From assembly GCA_026025795.1 (NCBI GenBank), contig JAPEUG010000013.1, positions 1-64,000 of the forward strand: a stretch of 64,000 nucleotides of DNA, written 5' to 3'. Of this stretch, positions 10,909-23,494 are shown piece by piece. Source of the DNA: Thelocarpon superellum. Its lineage: Eukaryota. Each line of letters begins with the position of its first letter. Positions within the stretch are counted from its first letter, which is position 1. Made by a program: the position numbers and the translations under genes. A model generated the notes under the pieces. It made no database searches and was not told the DNA's origin. It worked only from the letters and a program-made list of their open reading frames with translations.

Positions 10909-13900
10909 CCCGCTCGTACGTGATGGGATGGGAGATGGCGTGTGCGCTTCGTCTTCGTCTTAGGTAATATGGTCACCGCCGAGGCCGGGGGGCGCGGTCC
11001 GACCACCGGCTCATGACCGTATCGGCCGGCGACTTTTGTAGGTCGGGACCATGAAACCTATTTGAGCTGTGACTATCGTTCCCTCCCAGCGTCTCGTTGA
11101 CTAAGAACCCGCGAAGGTATGGTGGAACTTTCGATGCATCTGCTGCCATTTGCGGGGCCAATGTCTACTGCATCCATCCGACCTCCCGTAGTGCAGTCAT
11201 GCCGTCCTGCCCATCCAGCCACCCCGGGAAGAAGCCGGACCACATGCACCACCATCCCCGCCCACTTCTCGAAGGAGCGTCCCTCCCCATGATCGCCAGG
11301 TCCAGAAGCGGCCCACGGCATAGGACGAGAACGGGTCAGGCACAGGTACCAGTAGACGCATTTGAAAACCAACCGATCTGCCGACGGCGATCATTGCGCC
11401 ACGCATGATGTGATGCTCTCGTAAGCCCCGTTTCTCCCCGGGCGACCGAAGGCTCTACCGGCCTTATTCCATTCGTCCCTGGCAGCGAAGGTTCTACGCG
11501 CCGTGTCCCACACTCCACTACTGGAATCCTCTTCGCAGGTCCCAAATACGATACTTTGCGGTCAACGGGATCTCACCGCGCGCTTTCTGGCATCTCGTCG
11601 CTCCAACACCTGACATCCAACACCCAATACCCGGGCCTGACCTTACGTTCCGAGTTAAGTGCCGGCATCTCTGCGACCCGTGCATGCCTGTCCCCTCGTA
11701 ATCTCTCTCGCTCGGCCACCACCACACCCAATCCTCTATCTCTGGCACCCGTAACCTTCCCTGGCCGGTCGCGGCCACCCGTGCATTATTATAATGTTTG
11801 CGCATCCCGGTCCAGTGCTTACGCCTACTTGGATGGGCTTGGGGCTTGAGCATGGGCATGGAGCATGGAGCATGGGCCACGAGGGCGACTGATTGACTTC
11901 TGGTCCGCACGGCCAGCAGGTCGGTGTGCGGCCGGATGGGGGGCGGGGAGAGACCCACGGACGTGCATGTGGTCGTTGCGGCAGTCGGCAGTCGGCACTT
12001 ATCTGAGCGCGCTGATGCGGCCAGGCGGTCCGCCAACCAGCGGCGGAGGCGGTGCCGGTGCTCCGTGCCCCCGTGTCTCTCTCGTCTCTCTTGCTTCACA
12101 CTTACCTGAGTGGACGGGGCACCGTCGGGTCCAGAAGCCCCGTTGACTCATTTTTGACTGTTACGGCAAACGTTCGGCGCAGCCGTTGGCATAGCCGTCA
12201 TGATGGCCCCGAACGCTACCGACGACGGTCCTGCTGCGACACCGGGCGCGATCAACCCAACCGATGGCGGTGGAGCGCTGCGCGCCTTCAGTCGTCCCGA
12301 ACGGCCATAACCCCGAAACCCTGTTCCTCCCCGGGGGGACGGAGAAGGAGGGGGAGCGGTGGAGGGGTGGGAAGATGGCTCGACTGGTCCGGCGGGGATG
12401 TGTGTTCGGTCCGCGAGGAGAATTTAGGGTTGATCATTATTGCGAACTGCAGATCGTCACTGCAGGCCGGGTGCACAGAGGCGGCCGCGGCGTGCATTGC
12501 CAGCGTGGAAGCTTTTCACAGCTGCTCGTGCAGGCACCTTGAGGAGGTCGGCTACGAGTACAGCACCCAACCGGGAGTGCGCACTCCTATCGGTAAGCGA
12601 GGGTCCATCCACTTCCCCGTCACCATTTCCATGCCCTCCCCAAACCTTTTCCCTGCTCCGTGGTCGCCAATCCCCTTGGTTGGCGCGGAATCGTATCACG
12701 CCCACGCCCACGCTCACACTCCCGCTCACGTTCACGTCGTCGGAGACGTTGACCCACACGCTGGACTTCCCCTTGTCCCTCCCTTCGTTCCTTACCCATC
12801 CTCTACCTCATCCTCCCTACCTTGGTCCGATCCCTGAACTCGGGGGATCTCCTCGCACCAGCGTGTCATCAGAGTTCGCGCGCGAAGGGGATTCGACGGC
12901 GTCCGGCTAGCGATCACGCTCGACCGTTCTTCCCGTCGGCGTCCTCAGGTCCGGAAGTCTAACGGCGCTGCTATCCACGTGAGGACGGCACTATGATCGC
13001 GATCTCCGTCACCGTACCGCTCTCGCCCACCAGAGGCGATACGAGTCGTGCTGACACTAACACACTGGTGTCATGACGAACTAGTCAACAGGGGGTGTTG
13101 GTGCGTGGGCAATGCCAAGGCCTTCGCTCGGCTCCAACCCTGCCAGGCGCTGCAGATCATCAGGCCAACGAGTGAAGATCGAGGATCGAGAATTGGAAGC
13201 TACAAAAGACGGTAACCTTGGGATGGGTCATCTACGAGTACGAACTCGTGACAAGGGGTGTGGGTGACAGGCGGAGGGGCCTCAGGCTGTCTTACAAGGA
13301 AGGTGTTGAAGCAGGGTGGTGACCATAGGCGAACATCAACCGATGAACGACGCGTTTGACTTTCCCTGCCCATGGTGGGTGAAGGCTGAAAGAGTCATTG
13401 CGTCGCCCTTGTGCCCGCCGATCGGTAGCTTGACTCTCGGTCGGATGCACCGACCAGCGGTGGGGATGCTCGGTCCGGTCGAGTCGCGCGGGGCAGAGAG
13501 TGGGCGCGGGCAAGGAGCGAGCGTTAAGCGTTGAGCGTCGAGCGAAGTAGATCTTCCCCCACTTCTCTTTGGCCGCGCCGACCACAGTCGTTCCTGCATA
13601 TCGGAGCCGGGAACGTGCCCTCCACGCCTCCATGACAGACGCCCTATCGTCGCACTGTTCGCCCCGCCTGATCTACATGCTTGACCCTGCTGAATTGCCG
13701 GGGCTCGCCACGGCACACCGCGCCGTGGCGATCGGCGTTGCATGGAGAGGAGAAGCGCCAAGGATGGGCATTGAACGTTGACGCACGCTGGCGGCGCGGT
13801 CGGCGTTGACGGCGTTGGCGGCGTTGCCCTGGGGCTTGTGACGGCACCTTGTTCTGCCAGGGCGTGGTGCGGGTGGGGAAAGATTCTCGAATCTTTGCCG

Positions 13901-15077
13901 GTTCCGTGGCAGGTGCGGCCTCGCAGTCCGCAGCTACGTCTACTCGAACAAGACCCCGGAAGCGATCATTGTACCACGAGGTGTCTCGTCGTCAGTTCGC
14001 CATGGCCATGGACTTAGTGATACCGTAGCCTTGCGCCAGTGATACGACGGGACTCAACTCCGTTGGGAGATGTCGAACCCGTATGAGCACATGCTGGAAA
14101 CATCTGCGAGGAACGAGGTGGTGGCGTGATGGTGTGATGGTGCGGGCAACGGTATCCTTGACCGTCGAGCAGATCAAGTCCACATCTCTCCAGGCGACTG
14201 GTCGGTATCCTGAATTCCTTGGGCGATGGCGGACGGGAGCCATCCATTGGCTGCAGCGGAGCCGACTAGAGAAACGAGAGGGCCCGTGAGCCGCGATTCG
14301 GCAGGGGCGCCGACGGTCGCGCCAGATCGGAGGGCAACGATTTACCGGCGCAGAGCAAGCCCAGGGGACCCGGCGGCACCCTTGGCAACATGGACCGCCT
14401 ATCCTCGATGATGCAACCTCTCTCCGCCGGGAAAAGTCCATCTTCACGTAACCTATCGATTCGTGTGGCAGCACGAGGCCCCGCTCATGACAGCGCCGTC
14501 ACCTTCATCCTCACGGTCTGCGACCGCGGCGTCTGGCGTACCTGCGGTCCTGACCCCTTACCGGAGTCGCGCGTAGGGATGCGGCCGGTAAGCCGTATGC
14601 ACACATGTACGGTACTTGACACATCCGTGTCGCGCTGTTGCCCGAACCGGGACTCCCACGCGAGACTCGCGGTGCACAACATATTATGGCAAGCACTTCG
14701 CCTGCTAGGCCTTTCGGTTGGTACAGAGTGGTGGAGAGACATCCCACGTTGCCATGCTGGGCCCCCTTGCGCGTCGCGTGCTGGGGCCACTCTTTCATCC
14801 ATGCCGAGCGAGCATCACGGGCGGCGTCTCCGAGCATGAACCTTGGCCTCCCCCGAACCTTGGTGGCTGGAAGTGCGACCCTCCTCGAAGGCCGGGGTGT
14901 GATGGGCGGTGGACGATGGTTCGTGGGCGGCGGGCGGCGGGCGGTAAGCGGGGCTGGAGGATGGCGATTGCTCGCCTTCATCAGCGCGCTGTCATGTGTC
15001 TCACTCGTGGCCTCGTCCTGACCCCGTCCCCTGCATCGTCGGGGCAGTCCCTACGACCCATGCTAGGCGGAGCGCAG

Positions 15078-15110
15078 AGGTAGGGCGAGGGTAGGGCGAG
15101 GGTAGGGCGA
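15078..15110 (+). repeat. 11-bp tandem (GGGTAGGGCGA)x3; G-quadruplex-competent
   Basis: Five GGG runs with 2-3 nt loops. Confidence 0.75.
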
Positions 15111-15451
15111 GAGTATGGCGAGGCCATGGCGGGGATCCTGCCGTGCCCGTACATGACTCGTAGTGTAGCCGCAGCTGCGACGAGGATAGAGGGTCTTGGG
15201 CGAGCGCGGGGCGAGCAGGGTGTGCATGGAGCTCGCAGATTTGACGAGTCCTGGCAATGACCCGGCAGCTGCATCACAGGCTCCCTCCTCGCGCGCCGTC
15301 ACCTCTCTACGCCCCCTGGTCGTTTGGTCGTCTGGTCGTTCAGTCGAGTACTATTCCGTTGTTAGTCGAGTAGTCGTCCAGTCGTCCGGTGGCTCGCTCT
15401 GACGTACGGTCGAGAGGCTGGACCCCCACATCACGACGAGCCTCCGACCGT

Positions 15452-15491
15452 TGACCCTCTGACCCTCTGACCCTCTGACCCTTTGACCCTC
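15452..15491. repeat. 8-bp tandem (TGACCCTC)x5
   Basis: Read directly; gives five GGG runs on the minus strand. Confidence 0.85.
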
Positions 15492-16653
15492 GACCACGTA
15501 CGGACCTACTCCGTTAGGCGCGACGAGCAAGCCAGCGGTCGCGTTGGCTGCCTCGCGGCCTGCTCATCGTTGCCCTCGTTCGCCCAGATCAGGCGGCCCA
15601 GTGCTGAACATAGTTTGGGGTCGGCGGAGCTACTGCCCTTCTGGTGCGGATCCTGCCCACGCCGCCACGACACTACCCTAGGCACGCCGCCCCGGCGCAA
15701 TCCCGAACTTGGCCCATCCACACCCAGGACCCGGTCGGCTTCTAGGGAGATGCTAGACACCACCCTAGAACATCTGCCATCGCTCGTCCGACCAGCCCCA
15801 TCGGCCCCTATCGGCTCCAGCACGACGTGCGATTCGTCCTCTGTCCCTGCCCACCCCCCTTGCCCTTCCCCTGCCCCAAGGCCCGTTCCCTTTGGCCCTT
15901 CCGGAACGACGCTATCTGCCCACTCGCTGATTCGCTGATTCGCTGATTCGCCCAGTCGCCCGCCCCGGTCGTGACATGCATCCGCCCATGCACGCGGCAC
16001 CTCCATGCCCGCCATCGACGCTTCCTGCCAACGGGAGCCCGTCGTCCCTTGTCGCCTCCCTCATCTACCGCGCCATCGTGCTTCTGCCGTGATCGGCACC
16101 CGCGCTGCCCGGGTCGCTGCACCGCGAACCCACTGCACGAGCACGCCGACTGCACGAGCACGTATATCATCCTGGCGACCCGCACCGCCGAATCCCCCTC
16201 ACACCCTCCCCCCATCGCCATCGACCCTTTGGTCCAGACCCAGAAACGCTAGTGTCCCTGGTCCAGAGGGTGGACGTCCCCCACGACGGCCCTGGGTCTC
16301 GACGCGCGACCTTATTCCACCCGCCCCCTCGTGCGTCCACTGGCCCCCCATCAGCGCAGCAGCGGCGCTGGATGCCCGCCCGCCAAATCCGCCCGTCGCC
16401 TTCGGATATTTGCGCGTGAGTGGGTGTGGGTGCGCGCTCGGTAGCATCGGTAGCCATCGGTTAAAGCCTTCCGCGCTCCTCCGCCACCTCGCGCCTCCTC
16501 GTCGTCACCGGTGCGAGTGCGAGTGCCAGTGCCAGGCACGCCCCGGCACCACCACTGCCACCCCGCCGCCGCCGTGCCGCCGCCCGCAAGCTAGACAGTA
16601 GGTGGAAGTACTGGTCGTGCGCTGGCCCCCTCCCCCCGGCTCCCCCGCTAGGG

Positions 16654-16664
16654 TATTATAATAA
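16654..16664 (+). promoter_or_regulatory. Candidate TATA-like element of the Zn2Cys6 factor gene
   Basis: TATTATAATAA, an isolated AT island in very GC-rich DNA about 620 bp upstream of the ATG. Confidence 0.45.
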
Positions 16665-17278
16665 CCGATCCACGGCCGTGGGCGCACATGCTACATCGCT
16701 GCAGGGGTCTGCCTGACTCGTGCTCCTCCGGTCCTGACCGTCTCCGCCTGGATCTCCCATCCAACCGAGCATCCGGCACCGCTGCATATCCCTGGCGGTA
16801 CATCTACCCGGCGCTGCGCCCCACACCGAACGAAACCAAACGTCACATCCAAGACACCGACCACGCCCGACTGCACCATACCGCCGCCTGGCCCCTTGTG
16901 GCCCAGCTCACTGGCATCATCCCCGCGACCCTCTCGACGCCGGCATACCCAGCGCGTGCGCATGCGCCGTGTGGTGACCGCACCGCGCTGCTGACCAGCC
17001 TGGCCCTGGCTCCATCCCCTCGCTGACGCATGAACATCGGAGCGGGCGCGAGCCTGAGCGAGCTGGTCTTGACGCGGCCGCTATATCCATCCGCCCACGA
17101 CCCCTCTCGACCGTCATCCACCTGATCTGATGCGCTGCGAGCTCCCGATGTCCACCACGACAACGCACAACCCAGGCACGCGCCGCGCGTACTCACCACC
17201 GACCTGCGCCGCGTTCCTCTTGTCATAGCTCTCCGGCTGATCACTACCCACCACTGACATCGACCTTCCACGGCGCCG

Positions 17279-20200
17279 ATGAAGGACCTCGGGCATTCCT
17301 CCAGGTCAGATGTCGAGTACTTTGGAGGCATCTCCCTCTCCTCTGGTTCTGCGACCAGCGCCATGTCCCGTTCCCTGCCAAGGCCGTTGATGCCTCCCCT
17401 CGAAGGGGACCCCACCCACACGCGCTTCCCACATTCCTACCCGTCGCCCGCGCACGCACACTCGCCGGGGGGCCCGCGGCTTCCGCCGCCGGGGGATGAT
17501 GCCCTTCGCCGGGGCACGTTGACGCCGCCCATGGGACCGACGTCCGCCGACTCAAGCTCATGGGCGGCGTCGCGTGGCATTCCGATGCATCGGCCCGACC
17601 TTCCGCCCACGCACGCACCTCCGCTCGGCTCGCCCTCTCGCTCCGAGACCAGCCCGACGTCGCAACCCTTTCATAATCCGGAGCATCGCAGCTTTACCTC
17701 CTACAATGCCCCGCCGCGCCCTGATCCACCCTTCTCCTTGCCCGAAGCGTCGCGGTCATATGCGCGCGAGCAGCTCCCGCCGTTGAGCCACCTGCTTCCG
17801 GCCGAGAGCGTCGCCAGTCGGTCCCCTTATTCCTCTCCCTGGAGCACGGCGTCGCCACGGTCACCGCGACGCTCCCCTGTGTCGGGTCCCGCTAGCTATG
17901 AACCCCCTTCTCTCCAGGCCTCACCCTTCTCGGACCGATCCACAGCACGGCCGCCCTCGTTTGCGGCGATGCCCTTCCACGATGCGGCGGCGCGGGGGCA
18001 CGCACACTCGATCGCCAGCTTCCCTAGCCCCCCTCATGGTGCCCGGGATCTGGCGCCGCCCTCGGCCGCGTATCATGAACGACACCGCCGCGATCGATAC
18101 TCGGACTCGGTGGCGTCGGGGAGCTCGCGCTGGCCGCCGCGCTCGGATCCGCGCGCTGGGTTGCCGCCCGCGAGCGCTTTTGGCGGACCAGGGATGGATC
18201 GCACATCATCTACCCCGTCCCATAGCGGCTATGTGCAGCCGTCCGAGTCGCCGCCCACGACGAGCGACGCCATTGGGCCGAGCATCTGGACGGGAACGCA
18301 CTTCTTGCCGCGCTTCGTCGGAGAGCGCGACGTCCCCGGGGAGGGGTCGTGCTTCTTCTATGACGATGGCTCACACTGCAAGACCATCATCGACGGCGAG
18401 GCCGTCAACGCGCATTGGGGAGTGACCAAGGCGGGCAAGCCGAGGAAACGACTGGCCGTGGCCTGTCTAACGTGTCGCGAGAAGAAGATCAAATGCGACC
18501 CGGACTACCCCAAGTGCGTGCAGTGTGAGAAGTTTGGACGGATATGCAAGTTCAAGAACGCGCCGCGCGGCAATCGGACCAGTCCCGAGCCCTTCCCGGC
18601 TGAGGGCAGCGATGATGCGCTGTCGTCGGGCCACTCGACGGTCAAAGACGCCGTCGAGAGTGGGCCGGACGTGGCAGAGGCGACTCCAGCGCTGCCTCGC
18701 GAGAGCCGGGATGGGCCGCTCGAGCCGCGGAAGCGGCGGTCATCTGGGGACATGAAGCGACACATGAGCTCCATCAGCGACGTGGATCCGCTGGATGTCA
18801 GCCAGCCCAACCAGTACGCGTTCAAGAAGCGACGGCAGAGCTCGCCGACGGACGCGCAGCTACCGCATCTGCGTCCGACCTTCTACGACGAGTCGGAGCG
18901 GGCGGCGCGGCCCTCGTTTCCCAATGACATGTTCCGCGCCGGCATCTTGGACCATCCCTCACCCTTCCACTGGGAGAGCGACCCGGCGGAGATCAACGCG
19001 GAGCTGGTCCAGCACCTGATGGAGTTGTACTTCCGTCACATCAACTCGGGCACGTACTGCATCTTCCCACGCGCGCCCTTCCTGCGCTGGGCGGTCGGAT
19101 GCAAGGACAAGTCGGCCGACGACCTGATGCTCCTCTACACCATCCTGACGCTGGCGTCTAACTTCTCGGGCCGAGCGGACCGCAAGACCTTCTCCAAGGA
19201 TTTCGCGCGGATCGCGCGGTACGCGATCGAGCATCGGGCCGGCCGTTACAGCATCCAGCTGGCACAGAGTCGGCTCCTGCTGGCGCTCTACTACCATGCC
19301 ACCAACAAGCCCGTCGACGCGTGGGACGTGGGCGGCGCGGCCGCGGCCACGGCGGTAGGGCTCCACCTCCATCTGGAGACACCGCGCTCGGCCCTGGCGC
19401 CCGCAGTGGAGACGGAGTACGGGCTGAGTCCGCAGGGCTTCGCGGAATGCCGACGGCGTACCTTCTGGACCATCTACCTCATGGATGTGAGTGCCCGGGT
19501 GCTTGCCCCGTCCGTTTCCTGCGGCGCATCATTGACGCGAGTTTGGCACAGCGGTACAATACGGTCTACTCGGGCAATGCGCCGATCCTTCAGAACGCCG
19601 ACATCTTCCTCCGCCTGCCGTGCGACGAGGCGACGTACGACGCGCAGGGCGAGGCAGAGAACCCGACCTTTGAGGCCTACGTGCTTGGACGGCCGCCACG
19701 GCAGACGCCCAAGGGGTGGCGGCTGGGTCCGATGGCCCACCTGGTGCATATCTCGTGTATCTGGGGTGATGTGATGGCGGAGATCCACCGGGCGCGGCAT
19801 GGCTCGAGCGAGGGCTACGGAGAACGGTACGCGGCCTTCTACGACACGATCCAAGAGCGCCTGGAAGGGTGGGTGTCGATGCTCCCGCCCGGCCTGGCGT
19901 ATTCGCGGATGAACGTGGACGCCAGCATCCACTCGGGCGCCATCAGCATCGCCGTGGCCATGCACGCGCTGTACCACGCGGCGGCGATCAAGCTGCACCG
20001 TCAGGTGGACGGGGCGCGGATGGGGCGGGCGCGGGTGGACCGGAACCTGTGTGCGCTGCACGCGCACGCGCTGGAGCTGCTCCGCATGATGCGCGTCATC
20101 ATGCTGCCGCGCGAAGGTGAGAGCGTGGTCGCGACGCGGCAGCCCTACGCCACGCCGTTTGTGGGATACGCCGTGACGATGGCGTGCGACGTGGTGTCGG

Positions 20201-20580
20201 CCAAGGGACGGGTGAGCGAGCTGCCGTCGGTGCTGGAGCAGCTCGAGGGCGGGCTCCGGGTGCTGGGCGAGCTGCGGCCGCACTGGTCGAGCGCGCGGGC
20301 GCAGAGCAGCAAGATCGAGAGTCGGGTGAGCCAGCTGCAGGACGTGCTCCGGGGCGAGGGCGGCGACCGCGATACGGTCATGGCGGGGGCGGCGGAGGGT
20401 CCGGCCTTGGACGACACCTTCTGCCTCTCGTCGGCCCTGCTGGGCAAGTCGTGGGCCGAGGACGACCTGATCTACGGCTCGACGCTACAGACCTACCTCG
20501 AGGCCCTGGCGGGCGAGCGCAAGGACTCGGGCTCGTCGACGACGGGCATGATCTCGGCCATGTCGCTCAACGCGAGCTGA
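17279..20580 (+). CDS. Zn(II)2Cys6 transcription factor with fungal-specific TF domain (one intron about 19487-19551)
   Basis: ACLTCREKKIKCDPDYPKCVQCEKFGRIC (CX2CX6CX6CX2CX6C). Middle homology region with ECRRRTFWTIYLMD followed by a GTGAGT...CAG intron; continues in frame 19321..20580. Confidence 0.93.
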
Positions 20581-21763
20581 GGTCCGGCCATGAGGATGCA
20601 TGACGCGCACGACGACGGTGACGACGGCGATGACGACATGTGGAGAGGCGAATGCGGAGGCGAGGCGGAGACGGGGTCACGGGTCGGGGGAGTTGGGTGG
20701 GGGTGGTGATGGAGGATGATCGATGCGCTGGGTCAGGTCTCACATGCGGCATCTTGGAGGAGGGCATATTTGGGGGTTGACATTGGGTTCGGGTTCACAT
20801 GCGGGGTGAGGTGCCCCCGGTGCTGTACAGTAATGGGACGACGGGATGGCTTGATGGATGATGGCATGACGGGCTTCCTGTACGGTCACCCTGTTTCTGT
20901 GTCTTTGCCCTCCACTACTAGTAGCGCAAGGACGCCCATTGGCGCCGTGAGAATCATTCGAGTTAGTCGAATGGATGGAGCGATGCGGCTCGCCAGCTCC
21001 GCGGCGCTTCTACCTCTCGTCAATGTTCAGCTTGCGCGAGAGCGCGACTCGTCGATTACGACAGCGCCCATGAACCATCATGCGAGGAGCGCGGTGCGAG
21101 GTCGCCGCGTGACCTGTGGCGAAGACCTCGGATAGCGATGGTTTAACTGAAATCATGAGCTGGGTTAATGCGACCGCCGTGCACCGTACCCCGCGTACCA
21201 AAGTCTAATGTCCGATGTCTATCCTCTCCCGCACGCAGCTTGCCAAAGGAGCGGTACAGAGAGAGACATAGCGGAGAGAGAGGACTGGGTGGTGACAACG
21301 GAAGAGGTAGCAGACTCCGGAATACAGTAGTGACCTGTCAGGACTTTGTCCGAGCACGTCGCTTCGTCTGGTGGCTCATCAGCGCCCGGCCTGCGTAGTC
21401 CACCGTCCTTTGTCCAACACATTCTTCCCCATGCCTATCTCCCGACGCCTACTTATGCCACCTATGCGTCGGCAAAACGAGATACTAGTACCGGCCTCTA
21501 GCTGTAGCTTATTTCTCGAGCACCGGTAGCTACCGTACAAGCATGTGCCGCCTTCGCTCTCGCACTTCCCCTCTAGCCGGTGCATGATTGGGAGTCTCGG
21601 TCGACTGTGGCTTAGGTGGCTCGAGCACCCCATCCGATAGCCGTACGTGGTCCCAGCCCTGCTGGTCCGCTGCTCGCATGGTCCTCGTAGGTGTACGCGC
21701 ACGCTGCATCTCGGATCGTCCCCAGCGGATCCTTCGATAGCTTCCATGGCTGTTTTTCGTCTT

Positions 21764-21814
21764 TTGGCTCTCTTGGCTCTCTCGGCTCTCTCGGCTCTCT
21801 CGGCTCTCTTGGCT
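21764..21814. repeat. 9-bp tandem (TYGGCTCTC)n
   Basis: About 5.5 copies read directly in intergenic DNA. Confidence 0.8.
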
Positions 21815-23494
21815 CCTGACCCTCCTGTGTCTCTTGGCTCCTGTCGCTCGGTCGTCCTTTAGCCACACGCAGGTACCGAAGGAACGGAGCTGCGAGGGTA
21901 GGCAGGGTGGGCCGGGTCAAGCGAGCCAGTCGTTCGAGGGTCACGTTCCAGGTCCACGATTGCCCGGGTCATTTGTATCAGGCCGCCCGTACCTGGAAGT
22001 CAAAACCGGGATCACGCGGGCCAGAGATGACCATCAACGGTTTTAAACCATGACCTGTCACTTCTGCGACCGTTCCATTGTTGTCACAGGACGGCTTACC
22101 AACTATGCTGTAGCAGTAGGCCTTCGCCCACGCGCGACCGAGTCCCTGCCGGACCTGCAGGCCGGGCCCCTTGCCTGCACAAGTAGTTTGCTCGCCGTCG
22201 CAGGCCCGCCTCTTGCACGGGAGCCTCCGGCAAACATGCCGCCCACCGCCCCGTTGGCCCTCGTCCGCGGTCATTGGCCACCTCCACACGTTTCAGATCT
22301 ACCCAAAAGCTTAGAAGTGGCACCCCTGGGTCGCCTGTCAGGTCCTGGCCGCCTGCCATTCGCCCGCCGGCGCGCGGCCCTTGGCTGGGGCCTGTTGGAC
22401 ACGGCCTAGTGCTCGCCTTGGCCCCCGGGACCTCCACCGCTGGAGATTGGGCGCGCGAGAGTGGGCAAGCCAATCCCGCCAACCGGCCTTAGTGCTGGCC
22501 GCGGACGGGGGCTCTGATATGAGGGACCGAGTCTAAGATTGCTTTATCTGCCGATGCCAGATGGTGGCCCGGTGCAGGCTCACGCCGACCCTGGCGGGGC
22601 GACGGGCGCGTAGGTCGGGTGCGATCATCAGGTCGGGGTTCCAGTCATGGCCAGCACCGACGCATGAATGACATCCTCCCCGGTCACGCTCCCCGCGCCT
22701 GATGGTTGGTCGATCCTCGACGTCTCACTAGCGGGTCCATGCTCTCCCCTGGCCGCCCATGGCCGTAATTGAGCGGAGATGCCAATCTCATCCTTCACTT
22801 CCTTCCATAACCTCCCATCCTCTCATGCGCGCGTGCGCTGCTTTCCTCTGACCGCTTCACTTTCTATGCTGTGTCGCTGCGGTCACTGCGCGGGCATCGC
22901 GACCTTGACCCCGACCTTCCCTTGAATCCCTTCACGGCGCTGGCCACCACGAAGATCTTTTGACCTCGGTCCCCTGTCCCTCGTTTTCCTCCGCCGACTG
23001 CTCCACCGCTCGTCGACGGGGCCGACATTCATTGTTCAACGCTCTTGTCTGCCTTGCACCGCCCTGGCCCCTCGTCACTCCTTTGCCCGCCTTCACTCGA
23101 CCTGTTCCACTCTGCCCGCCTTCCGACTGCACAAGCGGAGAGACCGGTCCTCGCACGAGCGCAGATACCACAGATCGGGACGCGCGACGGCAGACATATC
23201 GCATTCACGCTCCTCATCGTCACCGGTGTCGTTGCGCGCAGATTGTCCTCGGATCATCGGCCCGCCAACCACCGTTGACGTTTTGGTCTTCACCCTTGGT
23301 GTCTCTGGATGAGTCCCACCTGGAGGGTCTGACCTGCGATTATCAGCAGCGACCCTTCCGGCACTTCCTTTCCTTCCGCCACGGACCGCGTCCCAACGAG
23401 CCATCATTCCACGCTCTCTCATCGCAGATTTGATCGACGTCGCTCGCTCGACCGTGGGTTGTTAGCACATCCCCTTACATTCCTTTGAAGAATC

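Noticed and set aside
12945..12960. TCAGGTCCGGAAG resembling SRP RNA helix 8
   Set aside because: The required downstream GAGCAG pairing strand is absent.
11000..16600. Many 60-260 aa ORFs in the long intergenic region
   Set aside because: Arg/Pro/Gly-rich, overlapping on all frames and without codon bias, as expected by chance in high-GC DNA.
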